DNA of 64,000 nt from an uncultured delta proteobacterium (GTDB lineage Bacteria; Desulfobacterota; Desulfobacteria; Desulfobacterales; JAFDCJ01), in contig CAVYNY010000022.1 of the NCBI GenBank assembly GCA_963769935.1, positions 192,001-256,000 of the forward strand, read 5' to 3'. Position 1 is the first letter of the stretch. Each line of letters begins with the position of its first letter. The translations under genes and the position numbers were made by a program. The notes beneath the pieces are model-generated. The model was not told the DNA's origin. It was given only the letters and a program-made list of their open reading frames with translations, and made no database searches. This document shows, one piece after another, positions 51,233 to 61,957 of the stretch.

Positions 51233-53311
51233 CTAAAACAGACATGTTAGACTCAGGGCCATGTCAACCAGCTTGATGCCGGCGAAAGGTGCGATGACTC
51301 CCCCCAGTCCATAAATCAGCAGATTGCGCCGCAGGATACTGTCCGCCCCCATGGGCCGATATTTGACCCCCTTGATGGCGATCGGGATCAGCAGCGGGAT
51401 GATGACGGCATTGAAGATCAAGGCCGAAAGAATCGCACTCCCGGGCGTGGATAAGCCCATGAGATTGAGGGCCGCAAGCTGCGGGATGGCCAGCATGAAC
51501 ATGGCCGGAATAATGGCAAAGTACTTTGCCACGTCATTGGCGATGGAAAACGTTGTTAACGCGCCCCGAGTCATGAGCAGCTGCTTGCCAATCTCGATGA
51601 TTTCGATCAGTTTGGTAGGGTCGCTATCCAAATCCACCATATTCCCGGCTTCTTTGGCCGCCTGAGTGCCCGAGTTCATGGCGACGCCAATATCCGCCTG
51701 CGCCAACGCGGGGGCATCGTTTGTACCGTCGCCCATCATGGCAATCAGTCTTCCCGCACGCTGCTCCCTGCGGATATACTCAAGCTTGTCTTCCGGCTTG
51801 GCTTCCGCGATGGTGTCATCGACACCGGCCTGCGCGGCAATAGCGGCGGCGGTGAGCGGATTGTCACCCGTCACCATGACGACACGCAACCCCATGGCCC
51901 GTAGACGTATCAAGCGATCTCGAATGCCGGGCTTGAGTACATCCGAGAGCGCGACAACCCCGAGCACGATCCTGCCCTCGGCGACGACAATCGGCGTGCT
52001 GCCCTGACGGGCGACATTGTCCACAAGTTCCTTCGTCGCCGCGGGAATCGGGGCGCCCTGTTCCCGGATGTAGGCGCAAACCGCGTCAGACGCTCCCTTG
52101 CGGTAAGAGCTGCCATCCGGGAGGTCGAGGCCGCTCAATCGAGTTTGCGCAGTAAATGGAATGACCTTGGCTTGCGGTGTTTCCCGGGGCGCGTTGGTTC
52201 CAAGGAACTCTGCGCCAAGACGGACAATGGATTTCCCCTCGGGCGTCTGATCTCCAAAAGACGCGCACATGGCAGCCGCGGCTAATTGCTCCTCAGTCAC
52301 GCCCGGCAGCGGGTGGTACCCGGTTGCCTGGCGATCACCCATGGTGATGGTGCCGGTCTTGTCCAAAAGCAGTGTGTCGATGTCGCCAGCCAGTTCCACT
52401 GCCTTGCCGCTCTTGGCCAGCACGTTGGCCGAAAGGGCGCGGTCCATGCCGGCAAGACCGATGGCCGCAAGAAGCGCGCCGATGGTGGTGGGGATGAGGC
52501 AGACCAGCAAGGCGATCAACGTCGGGATCGGCAGTTCCACGCTGAAGTAGCGGCCGATCGGCCACAGGGCTCCGGTCACCATGAGGAAGGCGAGCGTCAA
52601 CCCGGCCAATGTCACGGTCAGGGCCAGCTCGTTGGGTGTTTTCTGTCTGACGGCCCCTTCGACCAGGGCAATCATGCGGTCGAGAAACGACTCACCTGCG
52701 CCTGCGGTGATGCGAATCGTGATCTGGTCGGAGAGGACGCGCGTGCCGCCCGTGACACCCGACCGGTCGCCGCCGGCCTCTCGAACAACAGGAGCGGACT
52801 CACCGGTGATTGCCGATTCGTCCACCGTCGCGGCGCCCTCGATCACCTCGCCGTCGCCGGGGATGGTTTCACCGGCGGCCACCAGCACGACATCGCCCTC
52901 ACGGAGATCGTCAGAGCCGATCTGTTCCTCGGCACCGTTGATCATTCGGCGGGCAAGGGTCTTGCGCCGGGTCCGCCTCAGCGTGTCCGCCTGCGCCTTG
53001 CCTCGGGCCTCAGCCAAGGCCTCTGCGAAATTGGCAAAAAGTACGGTCAGCCAGAGGATCACCGTCACGGCCAGCGTGTAGGTCAATGCCGCCTGATCAT
53101 GAAACAGATCTCCAACCAGCACGAGAGTTGTCAAGGCCGCCCCGATCTCGGTGACAAACATGACCGGGTTTCGCGCCATGGTCCAGGGTTTTAACATGAC
53201 CATGGCCTGCTTGCCGGCGATTCGCACCAGCTTTTTTTCGAAGATTGAAGCCTTGCGAGCCTTGCGCCGCTCGAGTTTTGCCTGTACATTTTCGTTGATT
53301 TTGTTGTTCAT
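51233..53311 (-). CDS. kdpB: K+-transporting ATPase subunit B
   Basis: [31 protein letters not shown]. Confidence 0.97.
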   Translation of the reverse strand: MNNKINENVQAKLERRKARKASIFEKKLVRIAGKQAMVMLKPWTMARNPVMFVTEIGAALTTLVLVGDLFHDQAALTYTLAVTVILWLTVLFANFAEALAEARGKAQADTLRRTRRKTLARRMINGAEEQIGSDDLREGDVVLVAAGETIPGDGEVIEGAATVDESAITGESAPVVREAGGDRSGVTGGTRVLSDQITIRITAGAGESFLDRMIALVEGAVRQKTPNELALTVTLAGLTLAFLMVTGALWPIGRYFSVELPIPTLIALLVCLIPTTIGALLAAIGLAGMDRALSANVLAKSGKAVELAGDIDTLLLDKTGTITMGDRQATGYHPLPGVTEEQLAAAAMCASFGDQTPEGKSIVRLGAEFLGTNAPRETPQAKVIPFTAQTRLSGLDLPDGSSYRKGASDAVCAYIREQGAPIPAATKELVDNVARQGSTPIVVAEGRIVLGVVALSDVLKPGIRDRLIRLRAMGLRVVMVTGDNPLTAAAIAAQAGVDDTIAEAKPEDKLEYIRREQRAGRLIAMMGDGTNDAPALAQADIGVAMNSGTQAAKEAGNMVDLDSDPTKLIEIIEIGKQLLMTRGALTTFSIANDVAKYFAIIPAMFMLAIPQLAALNLMGLSTPGSAILSALIFNAVIIPLLIPIAIKGVKYRPMGADSILRRNLLIYGLGGVIAPFAGIKLVDMALSLTCLF

Positions 53312-53342
53312 GAGTTGTTCCTCTTGTTTTGCATGCAGGCGA

Positions 53343-55019
53343 TCAAAGTCCGGCGAAAGATAACTGCTCTGCGATTGGCCCGAGGACAGCCACGGGCAGA
53401 AACAGCAGCGCCCCAATGAAGACCACGCTGCCCAGGATCACGATACCGAACAAGAGCGTGTCGGTCCGCAGGGTGCCTGTGGTTTCAGGTGCCGGTTTCT
53501 TTGCGGCCAGGGACCCCGCGATGGCCAGGGGGAGAATGATCGGAATGAAGCGGGCCAGCAGCATGACAATGCCCCCCGCAAGATTCCAAGGGACCGTGTT
53601 GTCGCCGAGGCCTGCAAAGGCTGAGCCGTTGTTGGCTGCCTCGGAACTGAACTCATAAAGGATTTCCGTAAACCCGTGCGCTCCGGGATTGTGCACCGTC
53701 GAGGCTCCCCAGGGCGTCGCGGCGAGCAAGGCCGTCCCCCCTAAGATGAACAGCGGATGGATAAGGAGCGCCAAGAGGGCGAGTTTCATCTCGCGGGTTT
53801 CGACCTTCCGGTTGAGGTACTCCGGGGTGCGGCCAACCATCATGCCGCAGATGAACACCCCGACGATGATGTACAGGAACATATTGATCAGGCCCACGCC
53901 GACGCCGCCAAACACCACGTTCAACCACATGCCCGCGAGCAGAATGAGACCCGTCATCGGATTGAAACTGTCGTGCATGCTGTTGACCGAACCGTTGCTG
54001 GTGGCAGTCGTGAGCGCACCCCACAGCGGAGCGGCGGCGAAACCGAAGCGAAGCTCCTTGCCCTCGAGGTTTCCGGCCGCCTGAATCGGCAAGCCGGCAA
54101 AGACTTTCGGCGGGGCGCTCTCAAAATGGACGGCGAGTCCGGCCATCCCGACCAACAACACGCCCATGACGGCGAATATGACGGCGGCGTGGCGTATGCG
54201 GCCCGTAATGCGACCGAACATCCACACGCAGGCCATTGGAATCAGGACGATACTGACACACTCTACGATGTTCGTAATGAAAGACGGGTTTTCGAAAGGA
54301 TGGGCCGAGTTGGCGCCGAAAAAGCCGCCGCCATTCGTGCCCAACTGCTTGATGGCCACGAAAGCCGCAACCGGTCCCCTGGCAATGGTTTGCAGAGCGC
54401 CTTCCAGCGTGCCGGCCGTGGCTGAACCCTTAAACGTCATGGGAACACCGCCGAACAGCAGCAGCACGGCGGCAACTACGGCCAGCGGCAGCAGGACCAG
54501 AAAGGTCGCTCGCAGCAGATCGCGGAAAAAATTTCCCATAACGACATTGCCCGCCAACCCTCTGGCGAGGGCGGCGAGGGCCGCTATGCCGGTGGCGGCG
54601 GAAACGAAATCCAGCCACATCAAGCCGAAAATCTGCGAAAAATAACTTAACGCCACCTCGCCCGAATAGTGTTGAAAATCCGTGTTGGTTGTAAATGAGG
54701 CAGCCGTATGGAAGATCAGGCTGGGCTCCAAGGCGCCTTTGCCATCCGGATTGAATGGAAGCGCTTGCTGTGACGATAAGACCACATATACGACGATGAA
54801 CATGAATGCGTTGAAGAGGAGCATGGACAACGCATACTCCTTCCAGGTTTGCTCCCTGGCGGCAGCCCGGCCGCCGGCTTTCTGAAAGAACGCCTCAAGG
54901 CCTTGACGAAATTCACCGACCTTATCGCCGGGGTTCAGCGCCCAAGTCATGAGGCTACCCAGGGGCCATGACAGCAAGGCTGCCGTTCCAAGAATGAGCG
55001 TTATGAAAATAACCGCCAT
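53343..55019 (-). CDS. kdpA: K+-transporting ATPase subunit A
   Basis: [35 protein letters not shown]. Confidence 0.97.
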   Translation of the reverse strand: MAVIFITLILGTAALLSWPLGSLMTWALNPGDKVGEFRQGLEAFFQKAGGRAAAREQTWKEYALSMLLFNAFMFIVVYVVLSSQQALPFNPDGKGALEPSLIFHTAASFTTNTDFQHYSGEVALSYFSQIFGLMWLDFVSAATGIAALAALARGLAGNVVMGNFFRDLLRATFLVLLPLAVVAAVLLLFGGVPMTFKGSATAGTLEGALQTIARGPVAAFVAIKQLGTNGGGFFGANSAHPFENPSFITNIVECVSIVLIPMACVWMFGRITGRIRHAAVIFAVMGVLLVGMAGLAVHFESAPPKVFAGLPIQAAGNLEGKELRFGFAAAPLWGALTTATSNGSVNSMHDSFNPMTGLILLAGMWLNVVFGGVGVGLINMFLYIIVGVFICGMMVGRTPEYLNRKVETREMKLALLALLIHPLFILGGTALLAATPWGASTVHNPGAHGFTEILYEFSSEAANNGSAFAGLGDNTVPWNLAGGIVMLLARFIPIILPLAIAGSLAAKKPAPETTGTLRTDTLLFGIVILGSVVFIGALLFLPVAVLGPIAEQLSFAGL

Positions 55020-55031
55020 GATGTTTTTCCT

Positions 55032-55112
55032 TTAAAAACGCTCTGGATTGATGATGGCGTAGACAAGATATACCATGCAAAGCACCAAAACGATTGCCGC
55101 AAGATAGAGCAT
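55032..55112 (-). CDS. kdpF: K+-transporting ATPase subunit F (26 aa)
   Basis: MLYLAAIVLVLCMVYLVYAIINPERF (YL..A...PERF); GGAGG RBS; directly before kdpA. Confidence 0.92.
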   Translation of the reverse strand: MLYLAAIVLVLCMVYLVYAIINPERF

Positions 55113-55122
55113 GGCCGCCTCC

Positions 55123-55206
55123 CTATATCCTGTCGCAAGCATCTGCAAGACCTGCCAATGCGACAAACATGATTAGTCCGAGAATCAGGTACAATGCCAA
55201 CAGCAT
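55123..55206 (-). CDS. Small hydrophobic kdp-associated peptide (27 aa)
   Basis: MLLALYLILGLIMFVALAGLADACDRI; AAGGAG RBS; fits between the kinase stop and kdpF. Confidence 0.72.
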   Translation of the reverse strand: MLLALYLILGLIMFVALAGLADACDRI

Positions 55207-55209
55207 GAT

Positions 55210-57072
55210 TTACTCCTTCAGGATCGTGATCGAATGAGATGTCATCGGATCCTTGCTCAGCGGCAGCGTGAAACGGAAAGTCGAACCCTTGCCAACCTCA
55301 CTTTCAGCGCCGACATCCCCGCCATGGGCCCGGACGATCTTTTTCACGATGGCCAAGCCCAGCCCCACGCCGGATCTCTCGTCCTGCCCGGACGCGCGAT
55401 AGAATTGCTCGAACAGATGTTTCAGGTCTTCTGCGGGGATACCTTTTCCGGTGTCCTGCACATGGAAAACCACATGGTCCTGCTCCCGCCAAGCCTGAAT
55501 GGTGACCGAGCCGCCAGGGCTGGTGAAGCGAAGCGCATTCGAAAGTAGATTCGCGAACACATGACGAACCTTTTCGGCGTCCGCCATAACTTCCGGCAAA
55601 TCATCCGAAACGTCGTTCACCATCGTCACGCCCTTATCCTTGGCCTCCACAAGAAAAGGTTCGATGGCCTCTCGGGCCAGCGCTATCGGTGAGGCAGGTT
55701 CGGGGGTGACCTGCGCCTTGCCGGATTCGATGCGGTTGATATCGAGCAAATCGTTAAGAATACCCACCAGCCTCTCGCTGTCCTCTCTTGCGGCCATAAG
55801 GAGCTCAGTCTGCTTTTCATTGAGAAGCCCCACCCGCTCCTCTAAAAGGAGATGAATAGACATGCGAAGCGAGGTCAAAGGCGTTTTGAGCTGATGCGAA
55901 ACCGTGGATACCACGCCACGCTTCATTTCCTGCTGCTCATGGACCTGGGTCACGTCTTTCAGGATCAAGGCCACACCCGTCGGTTCGCGACGTTCCGGGC
56001 CAACCGGTATCGGCACTGCCATCGGCTGAAAGAAGTATTCGCGGTTATCAATAAACTGCTGGAGATAACCGTTCTTAGGATCGTGCTCGATGATGCGATC
56101 CTCGTCCAGCGCCTGCCGGGTTAATGGATTCAGCCATTCATATCCCAAGTCGCCGGCCAGGACTCCGGATTTGAGACCAAAATACCGCTCCGCCGTCTCC
56201 GTTGAGACCTCCACCTTCCCGTCCAGGTCGAGCACGGCGATGGTGGCCGGAAGGGCCTTGAAGATTTCCTCGGTTGCGCGACGCGTTCGCATCAGGTTGG
56301 CTCTGTCCTCCTTGCGAACCTGTCGCAGCGCGGCCGCCATCTCATTAAAGGATTCCGAAAGCCGACCGATCTCGTCGCGCGAGCCGGCTTCCAAAACAAG
56401 GTCAAGATTCCCGCCTCGGATTTCGTTTGCGGATTCAATCAACCGATTGATCGGGTATAAAATCCACCTGTGTGCAAGATAGCTGAATAGAAGCGCCAGA
56501 AACGCTGAGACCATAATCGCCATCAGCATGCGGCGGTGAGCGGTTTCTGCGAGGCGGCGGGCTGCGTTGTTGGCCTCATTCATGTTCGTTTGGTTCATGA
56601 TCAAGATGTCTTGGGCCACGTTCTTAATCTCCTGGAATAGAGGCTGCAGTTTCGAAAAGTAGTCGGCCCGCCTGGCCTCGGGAGGTCGAGTGACCTGGGT
56701 CACGAGCGGTATCGCCCCGGTGTACCTTTCGAAGAGGGCTTTTATCCTTTCAGCCTTCCCGCCTTCACCGAGAAGCGTAATGTTGCCAAGTTCTAACTTC
56801 AGAGCGGCGCGAAACTTGGGGGTGTATGCCTCGATCAGTCGGTTTCCTGTCAGCTCGTTGCCGGCGAGCGTAAATAGGATGCCGCTGTCCATTCGCTCCA
56901 AAGATTCCTTCATGTCCTGGCAGGCCTCCACGCTGCGATAATTCTCCTTGAGAATCATATCGATGGCTTTGCCGAGATCATTGATCTGCACCATCGTCAG
57001 CGCGCCGACAATGGCAATGACCGCCAGCAGTCCGCCAAATCCCAACATGAGCTTTTGTCTTATGCCGATCAT
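55210..57072 (-). CDS. Membrane sensor histidine kinase (four-helix sensor, HAMP, PAS; KinB-like)
   Basis: Two TM segments, DEIGRL HAMP, SHQLKTPLTS, NLLSNA, DTGKG, GLGL. Confidence 0.93.
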   Translation of the reverse strand: MIGIRQKLMLGFGGLLAVIAIVGALTMVQINDLGKAIDMILKENYRSVEACQDMKESLERMDSGILFTLAGNELTGNRLIEAYTPKFRAALKLELGNITLLGEGGKAERIKALFERYTGAIPLVTQVTRPPEARRADYFSKLQPLFQEIKNVAQDILIMNQTNMNEANNAARRLAETAHRRMLMAIMVSAFLALLFSYLAHRWILYPINRLIESANEIRGGNLDLVLEAGSRDEIGRLSESFNEMAAALRQVRKEDRANLMRTRRATEEIFKALPATIAVLDLDGKVEVSTETAERYFGLKSGVLAGDLGYEWLNPLTRQALDEDRIIEHDPKNGYLQQFIDNREYFFQPMAVPIPVGPERREPTGVALILKDVTQVHEQQEMKRGVVSTVSHQLKTPLTSLRMSIHLLLEERVGLLNEKQTELLMAAREDSERLVGILNDLLDINRIESGKAQVTPEPASPIALAREAIEPFLVEAKDKGVTMVNDVSDDLPEVMADAEKVRHVFANLLSNALRFTSPGGSVTIQAWREQDHVVFHVQDTGKGIPAEDLKHLFEQFYRASGQDERSGVGLGLAIVKKIVRAHGGDVGAESEVGKGSTFRFTLPLSKDPMTSHSITILKE

Positions 57073-57097
57073 AACGATGCCCTCCACCGGACAAATA

Positions 57098-57113
57098 AGC
57101 ACAAGGTATGCCA
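57098..57113 (-). promoter_or_regulatory. Sigma54 -24/-12 promoter of the kinase-kdp operon
   Basis: TGGCATACCTTGTGCT (GG-N10-GC), 25 nt upstream of ATG 57072; sigma54 activator gene adjacent. Confidence 0.72.
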
Positions 57114-57165
57114 TACATCTAAACCATGACAATTCAAGTGGTTACGTGTTATTGCCCAAGGAAGG

Positions 57166-57214
57166 CCTTGTGACAAACAAGGCTGGCCCCGCATTGACCT
57201 TGTAAAATACAAGG
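57166..57214. promoter_or_regulatory. Two CCTTGT-N5-ACAAGG palindromes; candidate upstream activator sites
   Basis: Copies at 57166-57182 and 57198-57214, 32 bp apart. Confidence 0.65.
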
Positions 57215-57241
57215 TCATGTGAAAAAGACGAAAGGGCTTGA

Positions 57242-58603
57242 TCAGATGCCGTATTGTTTTCTTTTGTGCCAGAGGGTAGCTTGGTCGATGCCGAGGATAT
57301 TGGCGGCTTCCTGGAGGGTCTTGGTCGAGGCGACAACTTGACGGATGTGGTTTTCTTCCAAGGCTTTCAGAGAAACGTGGTCGCCCAGTTGGATCGGAGG
57401 TGTATGCGGAGCGATTGAAGCGGGGAGGTGCTCAATTTCGACGATGTCATCCGTGCATAGGATCGAGGCGCGCTCGACCGCATTGCGCAGCTCTCGGATA
57501 TTGCCCGGCCATGAGTATCGCCGTAAGGCCTTGAGGGCTGCGTCGCTGAACCCCTTTAATACCTTGTGGTTCTGGGCTGCGAAAAATTCCAACATGCTTT
57601 TTGCCAGAATTTCCACGTCGTCCGGTCGATCCGCCAGAGGAGGCAAATCGATCTGGATAACATTCAGCCGATAGTACAGATCCTCTCGAAAGCGTCCTTC
57701 CTGAACCGCTTTATCCAGATCCGTGTTGGTCGCGGCAATGATTCGGACCTCGGCTTTTCTTGTCCGGTTATCGCCCACACGCTCGTATTCACGATCCTGG
57801 ATGAAACGAAGGAGTTTGGGTTGAAGCGGCAAGGGCAGATCGCCAATCTCATCCAAGAACAAGGTCCCGCCGTCGCAAGCGGCAACGCGACCGGGATTGT
57901 CACGGAGGGCTCCGGTAAAGGCCCCTTTCACGTGGCCAAAAAGCTCGCTTTCGAGAAGATCAGGGTTCAGAGTGGGGCATGAAATGGTACCGAACGGCTT
58001 ATCCGCCCTGCGGCTCCAGCCGTGAATAGCTCGCGCCAACACGGTCTTGCCCGTTCCGCTTGATCCTCGAAGCAAGACAACCGCCTCCGATGCGGCCACC
58101 TGCCGTGCGAGCTCCATGGCTCGTTGCATGCCGGAATGTCGGGATGTGAACGAGACCTCCGGGTGCAGCCGCTCCAAGTCCTCCTTTAAGGTCGCTATGC
58201 GTTGCTCCATCTTGCGAACCATGGCCACCCGGTCGGTGACGATTTGGACCTGTTCAGGAGTAAAAGGCTTGGGTATGTAATCAGTCGCCCCTCGCCGCAT
58301 GGCTTCCACCGCGGTGTCCACGGATGCATAGGCCGTTACCACGACGATTTTGATCCAGGGGCATATTCCCAGGAGTGAGGGGATCAAGTCGAGGCCGCTT
58401 TCGGTTCCCAACCGCAAATCCACAAACGCCAAGTCGTAGACTTGCTGATCCGCTTGAGACAGTGCATCTCTGGCGTTGCTGACGGAGGTTACCCCATGCC
58501 CACGTGATTCCAGGCAGACTCTGAGCGTCTTGCGGATATTTGCTTCGTCGTCCACGATGAGCACCCCGAGGCGGATGGATGTGTTGTCATTTTTGGGTCT
58601 CAT
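57242..58603 (-). CDS. Sigma54-dependent response regulator (NtrC/AlgB-like)
   Basis: REC domain (VDD, DLRL, KPF), [24 protein letters not shown]. Confidence 0.95.
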   Translation of the reverse strand: MRPKNDNTSIRLGVLIVDDEANIRKTLRVCLESRGHGVTSVSNARDALSQADQQVYDLAFVDLRLGTESGLDLIPSLLGICPWIKIVVVTAYASVDTAVEAMRRGATDYIPKPFTPEQVQIVTDRVAMVRKMEQRIATLKEDLERLHPEVSFTSRHSGMQRAMELARQVAASEAVVLLRGSSGTGKTVLARAIHGWSRRADKPFGTISCPTLNPDLLESELFGHVKGAFTGALRDNPGRVAACDGGTLFLDEIGDLPLPLQPKLLRFIQDREYERVGDNRTRKAEVRIIAATNTDLDKAVQEGRFREDLYYRLNVIQIDLPPLADRPDDVEILAKSMLEFFAAQNHKVLKGFSDAALKALRRYSWPGNIRELRNAVERASILCTDDIVEIEHLPASIAPHTPPIQLGDHVSLKALEENHIRQVVASTKTLQEAANILGIDQATLWHKRKQYGI

Positions 58604-58818
58604 GTTCTATACAATAAGCGTTTGCAGGGTGCAGCGCAACTCCTTGTTTGGCTTTCTGAAGGATCAACCTTGCGCAGCAGCGGTGTTCAATATTGTCTGC
58701 CTTAATGAGCCACCACTTGATTTCCATTTAAAATCCCGTTCCTTTCATTTTCTCTTGACCCTCCCAAATGCAAAGGATACACCGCATCTGTGCATTGTCG
58801 ATTGAAAGGATTGCTGCC

Positions 58819-59775
58819 ATGGCCGAATACAAACCGATAACACCTCAGCAGCAGCCGAAGTTTGCCGGGATTAAGACTTTTATGCGGCTGCCCCATTCAC
58901 AGACCATCGAGCGGCTTGATTTTGCTGTAGTGGGCGTTCCCTGGGACGGTGCTACTTCCTACCGGACCGGCCAGCGGTTGGGACCCGATGCCATCCGCAA
59001 GGTTTCGGTGACGCTGCGACCCTATAATCTGGCACTGAACGTCGATATTTTCGAGCATTGTTCCGGTGTTGATTACGGCGATCTGCCGGTGATTGCGGGG
59101 TATATAGAAGATACCTATGCCAAAATCGAAGCGGCCCTTTGTCCGCTGGTTGAGGTCGGTGTTATTCCCGTGTTGATGGGTGGGGACCACTCCATCACGC
59201 TGCCGGAGCTAAGAGCCGTCGCTAAAACTCATGGACCGGTTGCCTTAATTCACTTTGATTCCCACACCGATACCAACGATCAGTACTTCGGCAAACCCTA
59301 TTATCACGGCTCGCCGTTTCGCCGGGCTGTAGAAGAAAATATTCTGATTGCCGAAAATTCAATTCAGGTCGGCATGCGCGGCTCTGTTTATTCAAAGGAC
59401 GCCTATGACGATTCAGCCGCGCTGGGATTCAAGGTGATCACGATGTCCGCTCTAAGAGAAATGGGCATTCGAAAACTGATCGAGACCGTCAGGGAACGAG
59501 TCGGGCAGCAGCGGGTATTTGTAACTTTCGACATCGATGTGGTTGACCCGGCCTTTGCTCCCGGCACCGGCACCCCGGAGATAGGCGGGTTTACCAGTGG
59601 AGAGGCCATCGAGCTGGTGCGCGGCCTCAGGGAATTGAATTTTGTCGGATTTGATGTGGTTGAGGTTCTGCCGGCCTATGATCCGGCGGAGATTACCGCC
59701 CTTTTGGCCGCCAATATTATATACGAATTCTTGTCTTTGATCGCGTTGAATAAAAAGAATGTCAGTGGTCGGTAG
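58819..59775 (+). CDS. speB: Agmatinase / ureohydrolase
   Basis: GGDHS, DSHTD, HGSPF, TFDIDVVDP, APGTGTP. Confidence 0.9.
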   Translation: MAEYKPITPQQQPKFAGIKTFMRLPHSQTIERLDFAVVGVPWDGATSYRTGQRLGPDAIRKVSVTLRPYNLALNVDIFEHCSGVDYGDLPVIAGYIEDTYAKIEAALCPLVEVGVIPVLMGGDHSITLPELRAVAKTHGPVALIHFDSHTDTNDQYFGKPYYHGSPFRRAVEENILIAENSIQVGMRGSVYSKDAYDDSAALGFKVITMSALREMGIRKLIETVRERVGQQRVFVTFDIDVVDPAFAPGTGTPEIGGFTSGEAIELVRGLRELNFVGFDVVEVLPAYDPAEITALLAANIIYEFLSLIALNKKNVSGR

Positions 59776-59906
59776 TCAGTGGTCCGCTGCGGTCTTGTTG
59801 TCTGAAACAATTCGAATTATCAAATTCCAGACACATGATTTCGAATTGATGAAAATCCATCATCATTGACAATATTCCGATATGGTGGTAACTCTGGAAT
59901 AAAAAT

Positions 59907-59993
59907 CACTGGGGGAGCCGCAATACCCGGCTGAGAGGAGGCTGAATGCCTCGACCCCTGGACCTGATCCGGATAATGCCGGCGTAGGGAAGT
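59907..59993 (+). ncRNA. TPP riboswitch
   Basis: GGGGAG...GCTGAGA...GACCC...ACCTGATCCGGATAATGCCGGCGTAGGGA core. Confidence 0.95.
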
Positions 59994-60058
59994 CATTTGC
60001 ATCACATCCCAATTCCTTCCTTTCCTCCGACTGAGATCCGCATCGGAGGAGCCGCTGC

Positions 60059-60799
60059 ATGCTGAATGTTTCGCGCCTGAGCAAACGCTTCGGCGACCTT
60101 GCCATCTTCGAAAATTTCAATTTATTGCTTCCGCAAAACGGCTTCACTGTTTTGATCGGTCCGTCGGGGTGCGGTAAAAGTACCCTGTTCAATGTCCTGA
60201 CGGGTGGTGTTGCCGGAGACGGCGGAGAAATATCGTGGCGCGGCAGAACCGTTGCGCACCTGAGGGGAATATCCGCTTACATGCAGCAGAAGGATTTGCT
60301 GCTGCCCTGGTTTTCACTGATGGACAATGCGCTGCTGCCGGCCAGAGTCGCCAATGCCGATATGGCGGAATCCGGCGCAAAAGCGGAGGCGCTCTTTAAA
60401 AGACTTGGTCTGGAGGGGTTTGAATCATATCTGCCCGGGGAGATTTCCGGCGGCATGCGACAACGCTGTGCTCTGGTTCGCACCCTGATGTTTGAACGCG
60501 AACTGGTTCTGCTGGACGAACCGCTCTCAGCCCTTGATGCAATCACCAGAAGAAGTTTGCAAGCCTTGCTTTTGATCCTGCAGATGGAATTCGGAAAAAG
60601 TATTCTCATGATCACCCATGACATTGATGAAGCACTGAGACTGGCCGATGAGGTCCTGGTGATGAGCAAGCGGCCGATGCGGATCCTGGACCGGTTTTCA
60701 TTGAACGGACCCAAACTGCGGAAGCTGGATGATCCCCAATTGTTCGAGATCAAGGAATATGTCCTGAACCTGCTCCAGCAGGAACTATACACAGCTTGA
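60059..60799 (+). CDS. thiZ: Thiamine-precursor ABC transporter ATP-binding protein
   Basis: GPSGCGKS, QKDLLLPW, SGGMRQR; directly downstream of the TPP riboswitch. Confidence 0.85.
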   Translation: MLNVSRLSKRFGDLAIFENFNLLLPQNGFTVLIGPSGCGKSTLFNVLTGGVAGDGGEISWRGRTVAHLRGISAYMQQKDLLLPWFSLMDNALLPARVANADMAESGAKAEALFKRLGLEGFESYLPGEISGGMRQRCALVRTLMFERELVLLDEPLSALDAITRRSLQALLLILQMEFGKSILMITHDIDEALRLADEVLVMSKRPMRILDRFSLNGPKLRKLDDPQLFEIKEYVLNLLQQELYTA

Positions 60800-61101
60800 T
60801 AATAGATCGGGTGATCGCCCTTTGAATCATCGAATTGGAAAAATCCCGGCAGATACAAATGGGAAGAACGCTGTGTATTTATTGTAAGGGATTTCTGTTA
60901 TGAACATCGTTACATTAACTGACGGGCTCAACCCAACCGAAACCACGATTTTTAGTTCAGGCCCTTGCTGGGGGAAAAGCCTAGAAAATGCGCAGCATAA
61001 AATAATTTATCCGCCGGACCGTCATTTAAAATACGTTCTACAGCTCTTAAATAGCAGCGTCTAACCCTAAATATCTCATTGTCAAGGGCGGAGAAATTAT
61101 A

Positions 61102-61842
61102 ATGAAGCGTTCCTCACTTTTATCATTGCTTATCGCCATTGTTTTACTATGCGGCTGGGAGTTGGCATGCCGAGCATTTAATGTTCCCGATTTTATTCTT
61201 CCGACTCCTTCGCAAATATTGAAAGCGGCCGTATTTCAGGTGGCCATTCTCCTGCCCAATGCCGGCACCACTGCTCTGGAAATTTTGATTGGTATACTTA
61301 TTTCTTTGGTGGTCTCCGTGCCGCTGTCTATTGCGATGTTTGCCCATCCCTCGGTAGAAAACGCCCTGGCACCATTTCTGGTGGCTTCCCAGGCGGTCCC
61401 GGTTTTCGCCGTCGCACCTTTGCTGGTTGTGTGGCTCGGGTACGGCATCGCCAGCAAAGTACTGATGGCGGCCGTGATTATCTTTTTTCCAATTACGGTT
61501 AATCTGCTGGAGGGGTTTAAAAGCTGCGATCTGGAATACCGCAACCTCTTTCAACTGATGGGAGCGGGCTTTTGGAAAACACTACACCTCTTATATTGGC
61601 CCTGGGCTTTGCCCCATTTCTTTGCCGGGCTGAAGGTCGGCGTATCGGTGGCGACTATCGGGGCCGTGATCGGGGAATGGGTCGGTGCGCAGCAGGGTCT
61701 CGGCTATTTAATGATTCAGGCCAATGCCAGGCTCAATGTCGACATGGTTTTTGCCGCCATATTATGGTTGTCCGGCATGGGGTTGTCGTTGTGGATACTG
61801 GTCGGATTTTTGGAAAGAAAGGTTATCAGCTGGAAATCCTAA
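61102..61842 (+). CDS. thiX: Thiamine-precursor ABC transporter permease
   Basis: ILPTP, SQAVPVFAVAPLL, GAVIGEW. Confidence 0.85.
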   Translation: MKRSSLLSLLIAIVLLCGWELACRAFNVPDFILPTPSQILKAAVFQVAILLPNAGTTALEILIGILISLVVSVPLSIAMFAHPSVENALAPFLVASQAVPVFAVAPLLVVWLGYGIASKVLMAAVIIFFPITVNLLEGFKSCDLEYRNLFQLMGAGFWKTLHLLYWPWALPHFFAGLKVGVSVATIGAVIGEWVGAQQGLGYLMIQANARLNVDMVFAAILWLSGMGLSLWILVGFLERKVISWKS

Positions 61843-61937
61843 GGTGTTGGCCGGTTTGCCCGTTTGCCGGTCAACCCGTTACCGGTTAGCCTTTCAGTTT
61901 CCACGGGTCAACGGGGCAACGGGCTCACCGGCCAACT
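61843..61937. repeat. 7-8-mer repeat hairpin (GCCCGTTT ... CAACGGGC)
   Basis: Outer perfect inverted repeat GTTGGCCGGT/ACCGGCCAAC; between thiX and thiY. Confidence 0.8.
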
Positions 61938-61957
61938 TCTAAACATGAGGGGAAAAA

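Noticed and set aside
58610..58815. Guanidine riboswitch upstream of the agmatinase
   Set aside because: No ykkC or mini-ykkC (ACGR loop hairpin) consensus is recognisable by eye; an Rfam scan would settle it.
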